From positions 26,881 through 90,880 of the IMG/VR virus record IMGVR_UViG_3300044816_000082: DNA of 64,000 bases, one strand, 5' to 3'. The position numbers were made by a program, and so were the translations under genes. Origin of the DNA: a virus. A model generated the notes under the pieces. That model was not told the DNA's origin. It saw nothing but the letters and a program-made list of their open reading frames with translations, and did no database searches. Shown piece by piece: positions 28,397 through 38,635 of this stretch; the first letter of the stretch is position 1, and every line of letters starts with the position of its first letter.

Positions 28397-28752
28397 CGAC
28401 TGATGTACCCCCTGACGCCGGCCGTGCTGTCCTCGACGTCGAGCTCGTCCTGATGGACGCCGCCGCGAAGTTGTACGGGAGCTTCCGTGACGCCGCAGAG
28501 GCGCAACCCGATGCCAGGGTGACTCCGGAAACCATCGACGCGCTGCGGATCAGGACCGCCGATGAGATCGAGACAGGAGCGAGTGAGGTCGCCCTGAAAC
28601 TCCGCAACGCGGTCCGGGACCGGATCCGGGAACGCAGGACGAGGGACGGACTCGAGTGGCATGAGGACGCATGCAACCTGCCTACGTCCGAGACCGAGGT
28701 GCTGTGCATCCTCGCGGTCGGGCACGTCGGTGCTCACCTACCGGAGGTCTGA
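28393..28752 (+). CDS. hypothetical protein
   Basis: ATG 28393. Confidence 0.6.
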   Translation: MTTDVPPDAGRAVLDVELVLMDAAAKLYGSFRDAAEAQPDARVTPETIDALRIRTADEIETGASEVALKLRNAVRDRIRERRTRDGLEWHEDACNLPTSETEVLCILAVGHVGAHLPEV

Positions 28753-28755
28753 CCC

Positions 28756-29268
28756 GTGGCGACGTTCACGCACAATCGGTGGGTCGAACGACGCGCCGTC
28801 GCCCACCTCGGTAGCTCTGACGACCTGTCGCGTGGGTACTTCCAACTCGCCGTCGACGCCGCGGCCGAAGCCGGGCTGTCCCCCACAGGCAAGTGCACCG
28901 GCCACGTCCGCGACAGTGACCCGAGCAAGGGCGAGACACCCGACGGTGTGATCATCACGATCGACGTCCAATGCGAGGACCACGACGAGAAGGCTCCCGC
29001 CATGGTGGCCGCGTTCAGCCCCGACGAGCTGCTCCGGGAGGCACTGTTCAACCCTGGACAGGTATGTGTCGACACCGGCCGGCACACGTTCCTCCCCGCC
29101 GACAGCGAACGGTTCCGGACCTACCCCGAGTCGTTCGCGACGTGCCTCGCGTGCGGGGCCGTCGTCACCGCCTACGCGATCGCGACCTCCGCCGGCCTCG
29201 CCTGGTGCGCCTGCTCCCGTTGGGAACAGGCCGACCTGATCAAGGCCGGGTGCATCCACGGTGTCTGA
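28756..29268 (+). CDS. hypothetical protein
   Basis: SD GGAGG, 170 aa. Confidence 0.65.
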   Translation: MATFTHNRWVERRAVAHLGSSDDLSRGYFQLAVDAAAEAGLSPTGKCTGHVRDSDPSKGETPDGVIITIDVQCEDHDEKAPAMVAAFSPDELLREALFNPGQVCVDTGRHTFLPADSERFRTYPESFATCLACGAVVTAYAIATSAGLAWCACSRWEQADLIKAGCIHGV

Positions 29269-29905
29269 CGCGCTCCTCGAGCGGGCTCTCGCTCCCGTCC
29301 AAGCTCTCGCCTTCGCGGTTCACACCCTGGACGCGGCGGAGGTTGAACGGACGATCGGGTGGCTCCGTCAACACGCACTCGCGGACGCCGCCCTGGTCCT
29401 GCTCGCGGGGATGGTCGACATCGACCGCCCGGTCAGCGATCTCCTCGCGTGGAAGGACGAGCAGATCGCAGCGCAAGCCCGCGCAACCGCGCGCCGGGGC
29501 GCACGGCTCCTACCGTGCGGGACCCCAGCGGCGTACGCCCGGCACCGCAAGCACGGTGAGGAGCCATGCGAGGCGTGCATGATCGCGAACCGGCTCAGGA
29601 ACCGAGACCGCTACCAGCAGCAACTGCTCGGCGGGAAGGTCGTTCGTAAGCCCCTCGCTCCGTGCGGGACCCACGCCGCGTACACCCGGCACAAGAAACG
29701 AGGGGAACCTATCGATGAGGTCTGCGACCTCGGGGAGAGCGCCTACCAGCACGAGCGGTACGTCGCCCGGACCGGTCGAGATGATGCCCCTCGACGCCCC
29801 CGAAACCGCCCGCTAACCGACTATACTCCGGTGGTCGGGTCGAGCGAACCGTCGGAGGAAGGACACCCCCGCATGACCATCACCTCGTCAAGGAGCTCCC
29901 CATGA
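29261..29905 (+). CDS. protein with two PCGT.AAY.RH...GE repeats (putative Zn-binding DNA binder)
   Basis: PCGTPAAYARHRKHGEEPCEAC and PCGTHAAYTRHKKRGEPIDEVC. Confidence 0.75.
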   Translation: MSDALLERALAPVQALAFAVHTLDAAEVERTIGWLRQHALADAALVLLAGMVDIDRPVSDLLAWKDEQIAAQARATARRGARLLPCGTPAAYARHRKHGEEPCEACMIANRLRNRDRYQQQLLGGKVVRKPLAPCGTHAAYTRHKKRGEPIDEVCDLGESAYQHERYVARTGRDDAPRRPRNRPLTDYTPVVGSSEPSEEGHPRMTITSSRSSP

Positions 29906-30132
29906 TCGATCCGGCTGTTGTGGCGAAGATGACCGACGCTGAAATGAGGGGCGCAGCAGCAGCGCGGGGGGCCGCGGAGGCCGATGCGCTCGGGGACGAG
30001 TTCAGGGTGATCCGTGACAAGGCTGTCGTGGCGATGCTCAAGGGCGGGAAGCGACCGGCGGAGGTCGCCCGGGTCATTGGGGTGACCCGCGCGTACATGG
30101 CACGTTGGCGTGGGGTCAACGCCGATGGCTGA
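29902..30132 (+). CDS. small HTH protein
   Basis: PAEVARVIGVTRAYMARW; degenerate early motif GCTAACCGACTATACT at 29812. Confidence 0.7.
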   Translation: MIDPAVVAKMTDAEMRGAAAARGAAEADALGDEFRVIRDKAVVAMLKGGKRPAEVARVIGVTRAYMARWRGVNADG

Positions 30133-30397
30133 GGTCGTGCTCTACGAGGTCCCCCTCACAGTCTGCTGGGCATGCCTGAGCGGCGAGGAAGGTGAGTGTC
30201 ACAGCCCCGGGTGCGCGTTCTTCATCTGCCCGGCCCCGACCGCTGAGCAGGCCGAGCGGCTGCTGTCCGCCATGGCGAACGCGACGTGCGTCGAGTGCGG
30301 CCACGAGCGCGGGCAGCACTGGCAGTACCACCACACCTGCCAGCTCTGTCAGGACGACGGGCAGCGGTGCTCCGCGTTCAGCGGCGGCCACGGATGA
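30125..30397 (+). CDS. Cys-rich hypothetical protein
   Basis: C.ACL.GE.GECHSPGC. Confidence 0.6.
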   Translation: MAEVVLYEVPLTVCWACLSGEEGECHSPGCAFFICPAPTAEQAERLLSAMANATCVECGHERGQHWQYHHTCQLCQDDGQRCSAFSGGHG

Positions 30398-30639
30398 CGC
30401 CTGAGCAAGAGACCGCAGGGGGGTCTCTCGTGGCTGATGAGCACAGGTACCCGGATCGCGTCGAGAGGGCACGGGCGGTCCTCACGAGCGAGTGGCAGAC
30501 GTTTCACGAACTGTTCCCCGGCATATGGGGGCTGGACGCGAAGTGGGAGACGGGCGCTCTGGTATGGCTACGGAACCGGCGCCTCGTGGAATCCCGCTTC
30601 ACCGCCGCTGGCGTCACGCAGTGGAGGACTCGTGGCTGA
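30394..30639 (+). CDS. hypothetical (winged-helix-like) protein
   Basis: Coupled. Confidence 0.5.
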   Translation: MTPEQETAGGSLVADEHRYPDRVERARAVLTSEWQTFHELFPGIWGLDAKWETGALVWLRNRRLVESRFTAAGVTQWRTRG

Positions 30640-31006
30640 CGTCAGGGCTCGTGCTGTCGACGCGGTCTTGGCGTTGTGGCGTACGAGCGGGGAGGACGAC
30701 CCGTCGTGGCCCGACCACGCCGGCCGGATCGTCGACGTCGTCATCGCAGCTCTCCCCCCTGTCCTCGCCCCGGGGGAGTCCCCGCTGATCGACCTGCTCG
30801 CAGCGCTCAAGGTCGCGCCGGGGAACCTCGAGCGGGTACGCATGGCGCAGGTCGTGATCGACCGGGTCGCGGAGGTACGGGACTTGTCGATCAAGGCGGT
30901 GTGGGCGACCCGCCCTGACGGCGCGACCGCGTCGGGCCTCGCCCGGCACACAGGTGTCCCGGTAGGTATCGTGAACGTCGTCATACACGGAAGGGACCGA
31001 CGATGA
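30632..31006 (+). CDS. hypothetical protein with possible C-terminal HTH
   Basis: ASGLARHTGVPVGIV; SD GGAGG. Confidence 0.55.
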   Translation: MADVRARAVDAVLALWRTSGEDDPSWPDHAGRIVDVVIAALPPVLAPGESPLIDLLAALKVAPGNLERVRMAQVVIDRVAEVRDLSIKAVWATRPDGATASGLARHTGVPVGIVNVVIHGRDRR

Positions 31007-31239
31007 GGGCAGACCTCCCCGACCCTGCAAGCGCGTGGAAGCGATACGAGAACGGCGCTGGGCCGATGCACGAACTGACCGTCACGATCGCTCGTGTCCT
31101 CCACAACACCTTTCGCTCGGATGGTTCGATCCGCAAGTCGTGGGACGAGGACGTGGTCACAGACCAGTGGCTCGCGGTTGGCTCCTGGCAGGCCGCTGAG
31201 CGTGTCGTTGCCGTGCTGCCGATGGTGGTGAAGCCATGA
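31003..31239 (+). CDS. hypothetical protein
   Basis: Coupled. Confidence 0.55.
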   Translation: MRADLPDPASAWKRYENGAGPMHELTVTIARVLHNTFRSDGSIRKSWDEDVVTDQWLAVGSWQAAERVVAVLPMVVKP

Positions 31240-31568
31240 CCAGCGAGGGGGGTCCATCCCGTGTGGCCGTCCCGCTCGTCCTGCTCCGCGAGGTTCTCGC
31301 GCTTAGCCCTCGGACTATGGACCGTCCCAAGCCGCATCGCCAACCAACTCGTCACGGAAGGTGCACGATGACAGACCAAGACGTCACCGAAGGTCGAGAA
31401 CAGTGCGAGAACATCCTCGCCACAGTCCACATCGCACGGCAACAGATCTACGAGCTCGTCGCTGCGAATCGACTCACGCGCATTGACGCCGCGAAGCTCC
31501 TCGTCGATTCGTATGCCGTTGAGGGTGAAGCGCAGGGCGCGTTGTTGCTGTACGGCGGTGCTGCATGA
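31236..31568 (+). CDS. hypothetical protein (start may be 31368)
   Basis: Coupled; SD GGAAGG before the internal ATG. Confidence 0.45.
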   Translation: MTSEGGPSRVAVPLVLLREVLALSPRTMDRPKPHRQPTRHGRCTMTDQDVTEGREQCENILATVHIARQQIYELVAANRLTRIDAAKLLVDSYAVEGEAQGALLLYGGAA

Positions 31569-31874
31569 CGTGCCGGGGGTTGCAACGGAATGTTCATGTC
31601 TTTCCGTTGTTCCTCGTCACGTTGCCGATGTGCTTGCTGTTGATCGTTCTCATCTTTCTCGCGGCGACTGGACATCACCCGACGTCGTGCGGTGCCCGAT
31701 GAATACGGGTTCTTGTTGCGCTCACTCTGACGATGAGCACACCGGAGTTGAGGGCGACTGTTGCCGCTGTAGCTGCGTGAGGTGGGCGCACGGAAAGGGT
31801 CCTTCTATGCCGGTTGAGCCGGGGCGTTCTCTCTCACCTGAACCCACCCCATCGGATGAGCGGGTGTCGTCGCC

Positions 31875-32693
31875 ATGAAGGTGGTCGCAGCCACCTCGGG
31901 CGGCCTGGGGAGCTTCGGGGCCAACGTCCGCGCCGTCGAGCGGTACGGCGCAGAGAACGTCACTGCTCTGTTCACCGACGTGCTCATGGAGGACCAGGAC
32001 GTCTACCGCTTCCTGGTGGAGTCGTGCGAGGCGCTGGGGATCAAGTTGGAGATCGCCTGCGACGGGCGCACGCCCTGGGACGTCGCCCACGAGGAAGGCT
32101 TCATCCCGAACAACATGGTGCCGCTGTGCTCCCGCATCCTCAAGATCGAGCCTGCCCGACGCTGGATCGAGGCCAACGCCCCCGATGCCCTGCTCGTCTA
32201 CGGCATCGGCTGGGACGAGGCGCACCGCGCCGGACCCATCGCGGAGGCCCAGCGCCCACGTGATGTGTGGTCGCCAATGCTCGAAGCGCCCTACTTCGAC
32301 AATGACGACCTAGCCCGCCTCGCACGCTCCTACGGCATCGAGCCGCCCCGCATGTACGCCGCTGGCTACGCCCACGCCAACTGCGCCGGAGCCTGCTTCC
32401 GGGCCGGTCACGCAGCCTGGCGGCTCGTGCTCCGCGACAGCCCCGACCTGTTCCTCTGGCACGAGTGGCAGGAGCACCACTGGCGGCGCACCTGGGGACG
32501 ATGGGCAGCGGTGCTCAAGTGGCGCACCAAGGAGCGCGACGGCCAGCCCATGACGCTGCAGACCTTCCGGCACCTCATCGAGGCCGAGGACTACGGCCAG
32601 CTCGACCTTATGGACTTCGGCGGCTGCGGCTGCAACCCCGGCGACAGCGCAGGGCTGTTGCTCCAGATTGGCTCACGAAGGGACGCGGCATGA
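31875..32693 (+). CDS. PAPS-reductase-like PP-loop protein
   Basis: SGGLGS, LFTD..MED.D.YRF, CSRILK, PRMY..GYAHANC.GAC.RAG. Confidence 0.8.
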   Translation: MKVVAATSGGLGSFGANVRAVERYGAENVTALFTDVLMEDQDVYRFLVESCEALGIKLEIACDGRTPWDVAHEEGFIPNNMVPLCSRILKIEPARRWIEANAPDALLVYGIGWDEAHRAGPIAEAQRPRDVWSPMLEAPYFDNDDLARLARSYGIEPPRMYAAGYAHANCAGACFRAGHAAWRLVLRDSPDLFLWHEWQEHHWRRTWGRWAAVLKWRTKERDGQPMTLQTFRHLIEAEDYGQLDLMDFGGCGCNPGDSAGLLLQIGSRRDAA

Positions 32694-32695
32694 CG

Positions 32696-33097
32696 CTAGC
32701 CCGTCATCCCGGCCAGGAAGGACGCCACCCGGTGCGAGGCGTGCCGGTCGCGGTTGTTCTTCGCCATGTCGTACAGCCCGGTCGTGCGCGGGTCGGCGTG
32801 CCGCATGGCGATCTGCATGTCCCTCATCGGCACACCGCTGACCAGGCCGCTCGTGCAGAACGTGCGCCTGAGCCCGTGCGGGGTGATGTGGTGGCAGCCG
32901 GCGACCTGCCCGATGCGCGTGACGAGGCGTCGGGCGTCCTGCTCGGTGAGCGCGTTCCCCGCCTGGTTGTGGAGCAGCGGTCCGCTCGTCCGCGTGCCGA
33001 CGACCTCACGGACGGCCCGCATGACTGGGATGGGGAGCGGGATCGTCGCGGGCTTGCTGCCCTTCCCGATGAAGGTGAGCATGTCGTACCCGCCGAA
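32696..33097 (-). pseudogene. C-terminal fragment of a tyrosine recombinase
   Basis: IGKG, TPHGLRRT, RHADPRTTGLY present; N-terminal domain and first catalytic Arg absent. Confidence 0.8.
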
Positions 33098-33163
33098 GGG
33101 TGACCGGCCTCCATTCGGCTGCTGCCTGCTCATCTTCACATCCACCGCCGAGGAGGCTGCCAC

Positions 33164-33526
33164 ATGACCGCTGAGGGGCGTACTCGCTCACCATGCCCAA
33201 GCATCTACCCGCCGAGCGCCGACGCACCTCACGCGGGCACCGGCTGGTCCAGGCCGCTGCGATGCGTGATGAGCACGGACCACTGGCCCGAAGGTGTGAC
33301 GCCCCCGGTCCACTGGAACGGCGGCATCTCCTGGCGCGACGAGCCCACCCCGACGCCCGGAACGACGTGCGGCACGTTCGGCTGCGACGAGCCCGCCGTG
33401 GTCCGCATCATCAGGGGCGAGGAGTGGTTCCCCGGCTGGTACTGCGCCGAGCACGGCGAGACAGCACCCGCCAGGACTCCGTCACTCGGTAGCGGCGGTT
33501 CGGATCAGGCTGGGCAACCCGGATGA
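33164..33526 (+). CDS. hypothetical protein
   Basis: SD GAGGAGG. Confidence 0.6.
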   Translation: MTAEGRTRSPCPSIYPPSADAPHAGTGWSRPLRCVMSTDHWPEGVTPPVHWNGGISWRDEPTPTPGTTCGTFGCDEPAVVRIIRGEEWFPGWYCAEHGETAPARTPSLGSGGSDQAGQPG

Positions 33527-34146
33527 GTGAGCGTGACCACGTGACTCCGAAGCGAACATGCGAACGGGCTGGATGCACCGAGCCCCACAAGGCGAACGGG
33601 CTGTGCCACAAGCACTACAACCGAGAACGGGACCGCACCGGGCGAGAGCGGCCCGATCGGGTACTCGCCTGTCGGGCACGCGGTCGAGCGGTCGCCGCCC
33701 TCATCAAGGCTCATCCGGGTGAGTACGCCGAGTTGCTTACAGAAGCAACCGCCAGCGTGCACGAGGAGCACCTGCACCTCGCGGCCTTAGCAGCAGAGGC
33801 CGGCCTCGACCCGAAGCAGGGCATCGTGCGCCTGCGAAAAGGGCCACGCCCGACAGACCAGGAGGTCGAAGACCGTATCGACTTGAGCGTGACCTCATCC
33901 TGTGACGCCTGCGCGAGCTTCCACCGCACCGACCACTCCTGCTCATCCTGCGAGGACCGCACTTGGCAAGCCGCTTGCCAAGTGCGGCCGACATCGACGC
34001 CGCTTGCCAAGTTGAGCCCGGAGCAACGGATCGAGCGGGCACTGCGCGCGGGCAAGTCGGCACGCTGGATCGCTGACAACCTTGCCGAACCGATACAGCT
34101 CATCCTGCGTGTCCTCGATCGACTCCGATCGGAGAATTGGTCATGA
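33523..34146 (+). CDS. Zn-finger/HTH hypothetical protein
   Basis: CERAGC...GLCHKHY; C-terminal SARWIADNL. Confidence 0.6.
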   Translation: MSERDHVTPKRTCERAGCTEPHKANGLCHKHYNRERDRTGRERPDRVLACRARGRAVAALIKAHPGEYAELLTEATASVHEEHLHLAALAAEAGLDPKQGIVRLRKGPRPTDQEVEDRIDLSVTSSCDACASFHRTDHSCSSCEDRTWQAACQVRPTSTPLAKLSPEQRIERALRAGKSARWIADNLAEPIQLILRVLDRLRSENWS

Positions 34147-34472
34147 CGCAGGTACAGGCAGCCGTCCGGCGGATTGAGGCGTTGCTGGACTCCTACACCC
34201 GCGCGGGCGGCAACCTCGACCCTGAACTCATCTACGCCCACAACGACAACGAGTTGCGCGTGAGTGACCTGCGTCTACTTCTGGCGACACTCGGTAGCGG
34301 CGTTCCGATGTCTGAGGGGCACGCTCCGGTTGTCTGCCGGTGCATCGAGATCGAGGGTGGCATGGACCGGACGGTGTGCCGTGCGGACGAGCACCGCGAC
34401 TACTGCGAGAACCGAGCTTGTTGCGCAGAACGCGGACACGAAGGCGACTGCGACGAGACGGCTGCGTTGTGA
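34143..34472 (+). CDS. hypothetical protein, probable fusion of two small ORFs
   Basis: Internal junction repeat plus ATGTCTGAG at 34308. Confidence 0.55.
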   Translation: MTQVQAAVRRIEALLDSYTRAGGNLDPELIYAHNDNELRVSDLRLLLATLGSGVPMSEGHAPVVCRCIEIEGGMDRTVCRADEHRDYCENRACCAERGHEGDCDETAAL

Positions 34473-34825
34473 CTGAGGCGGCGGTGCCGGTGCAGGACGC
34501 GTTGTGGGACGAACCACCCCCACCCGTCGTGAACATCGAATACCGAGGGCTGACACTGCAGGAGCAGTTCGAGGCGTTCCACAACGCGAACCCGTGGGTC
34601 ATGCAGGCACTCGTAAGGCTGTCGTTGCAGGCACTCGCGGACGGCCGGCGTCGCCTCGGGATCAAGATGCTCGTCGAAGTCCTGCGCTGGCAGTATGGGC
34701 GGGCCACGACCGGGTCCGACTTCCGGCTCAACAACAACTACTCATCGAGGTACGTCCGCGCGATCATCGGGGCGCACCCCGAGCTCGCTGACCTGTTCGC
34801 GACCCGAGAACTGAGGACACCATGA
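34469..34825 (+). CDS. conserved phage hypothetical protein
   Basis: FEAFH.ANP...IKML.EVLRW...FRLNNNY...Y.R...LF..RELR. Confidence 0.75.
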   Translation: MTEAAVPVQDALWDEPPPPVVNIEYRGLTLQEQFEAFHNANPWVMQALVRLSLQALADGRRRLGIKMLVEVLRWQYGRATTGSDFRLNNNYSSRYVRAIIGAHPELADLFATRELRTP

Positions 34826-35202
34826 GTAGGAACCTCCGATCAGGAGTCCCCGTCGGGCAGCAACTCGCGCTCCTCGTCGACGTCACCCCCGCCGCCGAAC
34901 CTGCCGTCGCGGACATCCTGACCGAACGTCTCCGACAGGTCGCTCTGTGGGGCGGTCCCGACGCTGACGACAAACGAGACGCCGATCAGTGGCTCGCGCT
35001 CACAGGTGGCTACCTCGGGAAGGCACACGAGGCGAGCATCGCTGTGCACGACGCCACCGTGTACGGCGCTGATCCCGAGCAACAAAACGCGGCCGTCGCT
35101 GAGTACCGCCGGCGCCTCGTCCAGGTCGCGGCCCTCGCGACTGCGGCCGTCGAAAGCCTTGATCGTCTGATCGCCCACGAGTCCCTCACCGACAAGGAAT
35201 GA
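34822..35202 (+). CDS. MazG-like all-helical protein
   Basis: ERLRQ..LWG...RLVQVAALA.AAVESLDR. Confidence 0.55.
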   Translation: MSRNLRSGVPVGQQLALLVDVTPAAEPAVADILTERLRQVALWGGPDADDKRDADQWLALTGGYLGKAHEASIAVHDATVYGADPEQQNAAVAEYRRRLVQVAALATAAVESLDRLIAHESLTDKE

Positions 35203-35717
35203 ACCTGATGCCCCTGCTGACCTGCACCGAATGCCTCGACACCGGATTCCGTAGCTGGGACGGAGTCCCACGAGCATGCCCGTCGTGCGACATCGGCCGG
35301 GCGTGGGAAACGAACCGTCGCCGCGCCCTCGACCCCAGCACCGGGAACAGCGAGGGGCGGCAACTCCTCCCCCCAGGTGGCGATGTGCTCCTCGCCCAAG
35401 CTCGCCGCGATGCTGTCGGGCTCCCCCTCGGCGCGATCGAGGAAGGACTACCCGTCCGCGGGGTCGTCCCCGCGCATGTGTTGCTCGCGACCGAGCAGGC
35501 CGTGCAGGAGGCACGTGCGACTGCGGTGTCGCTGAGCTCAGCGTTCGCGGCGTGCCTCGCTGACCTCGAGGAAGGTGTCGCGGTATCGAACGTGCTCGAC
35601 AGGTGGAAGCCAGCGCTCGTTGACCTCCCCGAGTGGGCCGAACCGATGATGAACCGCTCAGCCGGCCGGAACCGGACACGGAAGGCGACCGCGATCGCGG
35701 CGCCCCTCACCCCATGA
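35199..35717 (+). CDS. hypothetical protein
   Basis: CTECLDTG...CPSC; coupled. Confidence 0.6.
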   Translation: MNLMPLLTCTECLDTGFRSWDGVPRACPSCDIGRAWETNRRRALDPSTGNSEGRQLLPPGGDVLLAQARRDAVGLPLGAIEEGLPVRGVVPAHVLLATEQAVQEARATAVSLSSAFAACLADLEEGVAVSNVLDRWKPALVDLPEWAEPMMNRSAGRNRTRKATAIAAPLTP

Positions 35718-36416
35718 TCGAACAGCACTACCGAGTGCTCGACCTGTTTAGCGGAGCTGGCGGTGCCGGCATGGGCTACTACCGGGCGGGCTTCGACGTG
35801 TACGGGGTGGACATTGAGGACCACGCCGACTACCCCTTCGACTCGGCTATCGCGGACGCGCTCGACTTCATGGCCGAGCCCGGCTGGGGCTGACCCATTC
35901 GACGCGATCCACGCCTCCCCGCCTTGCCAGGCCAAGACCACCATGAGCAACAGATACCGCGGCAAGGGCGGGTACACCGACAGCCACGTGAGCCTCATCA
36001 CGCCCGTTCGTGAGCGGCTTGAGGCGACCGGGAAGCCCTACGTCATCGAGAACGTGTGCGGTGCACGGCCTGAGATGCGCGCTCCGATCACGCTCAGGGG
36101 GGGCATGTTCGGGCTCCGCGTCGAGCGTCCTCGCCTGTTCGAGAGCAACGTGCCGCTGACCGCCCCGCCGGCTCGTAAGGTTGTCGACCCGATCGGCATC
36201 TACGGCAAGCGACAGGGACCGGACGGTCGGCGTCTGTGGACCCGCAAGGACGGCTCGATCCAGCGCGCCCCTCGGACGCTCGCGGAGGCGCAGGAGGCGA
36301 TGGATGTGGGCTGGATGACGGTATGGGAGGACATCACCGAGTGCATCCCGCCTGCGTACACCGCGCACATCGGGATCCAACTTCTCGACTACTTAAGCTA
36401 TGAGGCAGCAGTATGA
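35714..36416 (+). pseudogene. small C5-cytosine methyltransferase-like gene split by a +1 frameshift
   Basis: VLDLFSGAGG in the first frame; IHASPPCQ, IENV, RPRLFE, IPPAY in the second; break at G4 35886-35889. Confidence 0.8.
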
Positions 36417-36476
36417 CCGGGCTGTTCTGACACACCGAGTCACCACAGAACACGGTCTGTTAAGCCACTACGGGGC

Positions 36477-38195
36477 ATGATCTGCGATGCGATGCCTGCC
36501 CCGACCTCAACGATCGCCCGTGACGTCCTCTGGACCCTTGTCCGAGAGCGACGTCCTGAGTTCGTGCGTGCCTGGTGGAGAGCAGCCGGCCCACGGGAAC
36601 GCGCTGCTGTCCAAGCGAGCGCGTTGCATGAGATGGGCGCGGAACACGCGGTGTGGCGCAACGACCCCCGCGGGTTCACCGAGTGCGTCCTCGGGCAAGG
36701 GCTGTGGAGCAAGCAACGAGCGATCCTCGACAGCGTCGGGCGGAACAAACGGACCGCGGTCCCGAGCTGTTTCGGTGTTGGCAAGACGCTTGCGGCGGCC
36801 GCCGCGACGTGCCATCACGTCTGCGTCTACCCGCCCGGGACGGCACTCGCGATCACGACCGCGACCCGGTTCCGTCAGGTCAAACGGCAGATGTGGCCTG
36901 AGATTCGTAAGCTCGCGAACCGAGCTGGGTTGCCGGGGCAGGTCGATACGACGCAGTGGAAGATGACGACAGGTGCGGGGGTCGAGACCGTCGTCGCGTA
37001 CGGGTTCTCAGCTCCCCCGAACGATGAGGCCGCGACGCATGGGATCCACGCTCCGCACATCCTGCTCGTCGTTGATGAGGCCGGTGGTATCGGTAAACCG
37101 CTCGGTCGGGGGATGCGAGGCATCCTGGCCGGCGAGGGCGCCAAGGGCGTGTTCATCGGGAACCCCGCCACCGACGATGAGGACACGTGGTTCGAGAACC
37201 TCTGCGACAGCGCCGATGTGTCGCTCGTCAGGATCGGGGTGCCCGACACCCCCCACTGGACAGGTGAACGAACCCCCCGCTGCTATGCGTGCCCTCCCAC
37301 GGTCCGCCCCCACCCTGTCGCGACGCACCTCGTCGACAAGGAATGGGAACGGGGGGTCGTTCTCGACTACGGCAAGGACAGCCCGTACTACCAGTCGAAA
37401 GCCCTCGGTCGGTTCCCGAAAGGAGGGGCTGACCGGGCGATCCCCTCGACGTGGCTCGAGGAGGCCGCGGACCTGGGTGTCCAGGGCAACGGGCTCCCGA
37501 ACATCTCCCGGGACCTGCTCGGGAACTACTACGCTTGGCAACCCGCACCCGGGTCGTGGATCAGGCTCGGTGTCGACGTCGCTTCCGACGGTGGTGACGA
37601 GCTCGCCATCAGCCGCTGTGAAGGCGACGTCGCCCGGGTCCGGAAGTACCGCGCCGGGGCGGACAACTACAACAGCGTCAACGTCGCCGGGTACATCCTC
37701 GAGGAGATCCGCGAAGCCGAACAGCTCCGACAACTCCTCGGCACCTCCTACCCCGTCAGGGTCAAGATCGACGCGATCGGGGTCGGGTGGGGGGTCTGCG
37801 GCATCCTCGAGACGTGGGCTGCGGAGGGTGTCCACAACGCTGAGATCGTCCGGGTCATCGTCAGCGAGAAACCCCACCCGCGGAACGCGGCCGACGACAG
37901 CACCCTACGTCCCAAGATCAAACGGGATGAGATGTGGCTTGCGATGCGCGCTCTGCTCCAACCCGATGAGGATGGGCAGCAAGGCATCGCTCTCGACATT
38001 GACGATCACACCCGCGCGCAGCTCGCGAGCCCCAAGTCATCGACGAACGCGACGACGGGAATGACGACGATCGAGTCAAAGAAGTCCCTCAAGGGACGGG
38101 GGTTGCGAAGCCCTGACCGTGGCGAGTCGGTGCTGCTGAGCGTCTACGAACCGCTTCCGTTGCGCCGCCGTGACCGGATCATCGCCGGTGCTTAG
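36477..38195 (+). CDS. terL: terminase large subunit
   Basis: Walker A SCFGVGKT, Walker B LVVDEA, IGNP, nuclease LGVDVA..G.D, SPDRGE. Confidence 0.92.
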   Translation: MICDAMPAPTSTIARDVLWTLVRERRPEFVRAWWRAAGPRERAAVQASALHEMGAEHAVWRNDPRGFTECVLGQGLWSKQRAILDSVGRNKRTAVPSCFGVGKTLAAAAATCHHVCVYPPGTALAITTATRFRQVKRQMWPEIRKLANRAGLPGQVDTTQWKMTTGAGVETVVAYGFSAPPNDEAATHGIHAPHILLVVDEAGGIGKPLGRGMRGILAGEGAKGVFIGNPATDDEDTWFENLCDSADVSLVRIGVPDTPHWTGERTPRCYACPPTVRPHPVATHLVDKEWERGVVLDYGKDSPYYQSKALGRFPKGGADRAIPSTWLEEAADLGVQGNGLPNISRDLLGNYYAWQPAPGSWIRLGVDVASDGGDELAISRCEGDVARVRKYRAGADNYNSVNVAGYILEEIREAEQLRQLLGTSYPVRVKIDAIGVGWGVCGILETWAAEGVHNAEIVRVIVSEKPHPRNAADDSTLRPKIKRDEMWLAMRALLQPDEDGQQGIALDIDDHTRAQLASPKSSTNATTGMTTIESKKSLKGRGLRSPDRGESVLLSVYEPLPLRRRDRIIAGA

Positions 38196-38344
38196 CAGCG
38201 TGTCACCGCCGAACGAATCCGCTCCACCCCGTACCGTCCCCGCTAAGGCACCGGACGCCGACAGGACCCGACACCACATGACCCCCACATCTCCACACCT
38301 CGGCACCGCACGTTCTGTGAGTGTGCGCAGCGGGAGGTGGGCGT

Positions 38345-38635
38345 ATGCCAGCGCGTAAGGACCTCAGCGAGGAGCACACCTGGGTGGCTGCTGCGGAGGT
38401 CCCGATAGCCCAACGGATCGTGGCCGGGGCGTACCGCCGCGGCGCTGCTCAGGTGGAGGAAGCAACATGGGTCAAGGTGCTGGACGTCTACTGCGCCTAC
38501 TGCCGGCGGACGTTCGAGTCAGCTCGGGACGTGCCGTGCGACAAGGCCGGTTCGGTGCTGCGGGGTGGTCCGAACGGGACGCGGCGCCGCCCGGTCGACC
38601 TTCCTATCGCGACCGAAGCCACCCGCGCGCCCTAG
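38345..38635 (+). CDS. hypothetical Zn-binding protein
   Basis: SD GGGAGG; VYCAYCRR...LRGGP. Confidence 0.6.
   Translation: MPARKDLSEEHTWVAAAEVPIAQRIVAGAYRRGAAQVEEATWVKVLDVYCAYCRRTFESARDVPCDKAGSVLRGGPNGTRRRPVDLPIATEATRAP

Noticed and set aside
32690-33103. Plus-strand ORF coupled to the PAPS-reductase-like gene
   Set aside because: It is the antisense shadow of the integrase fragment.
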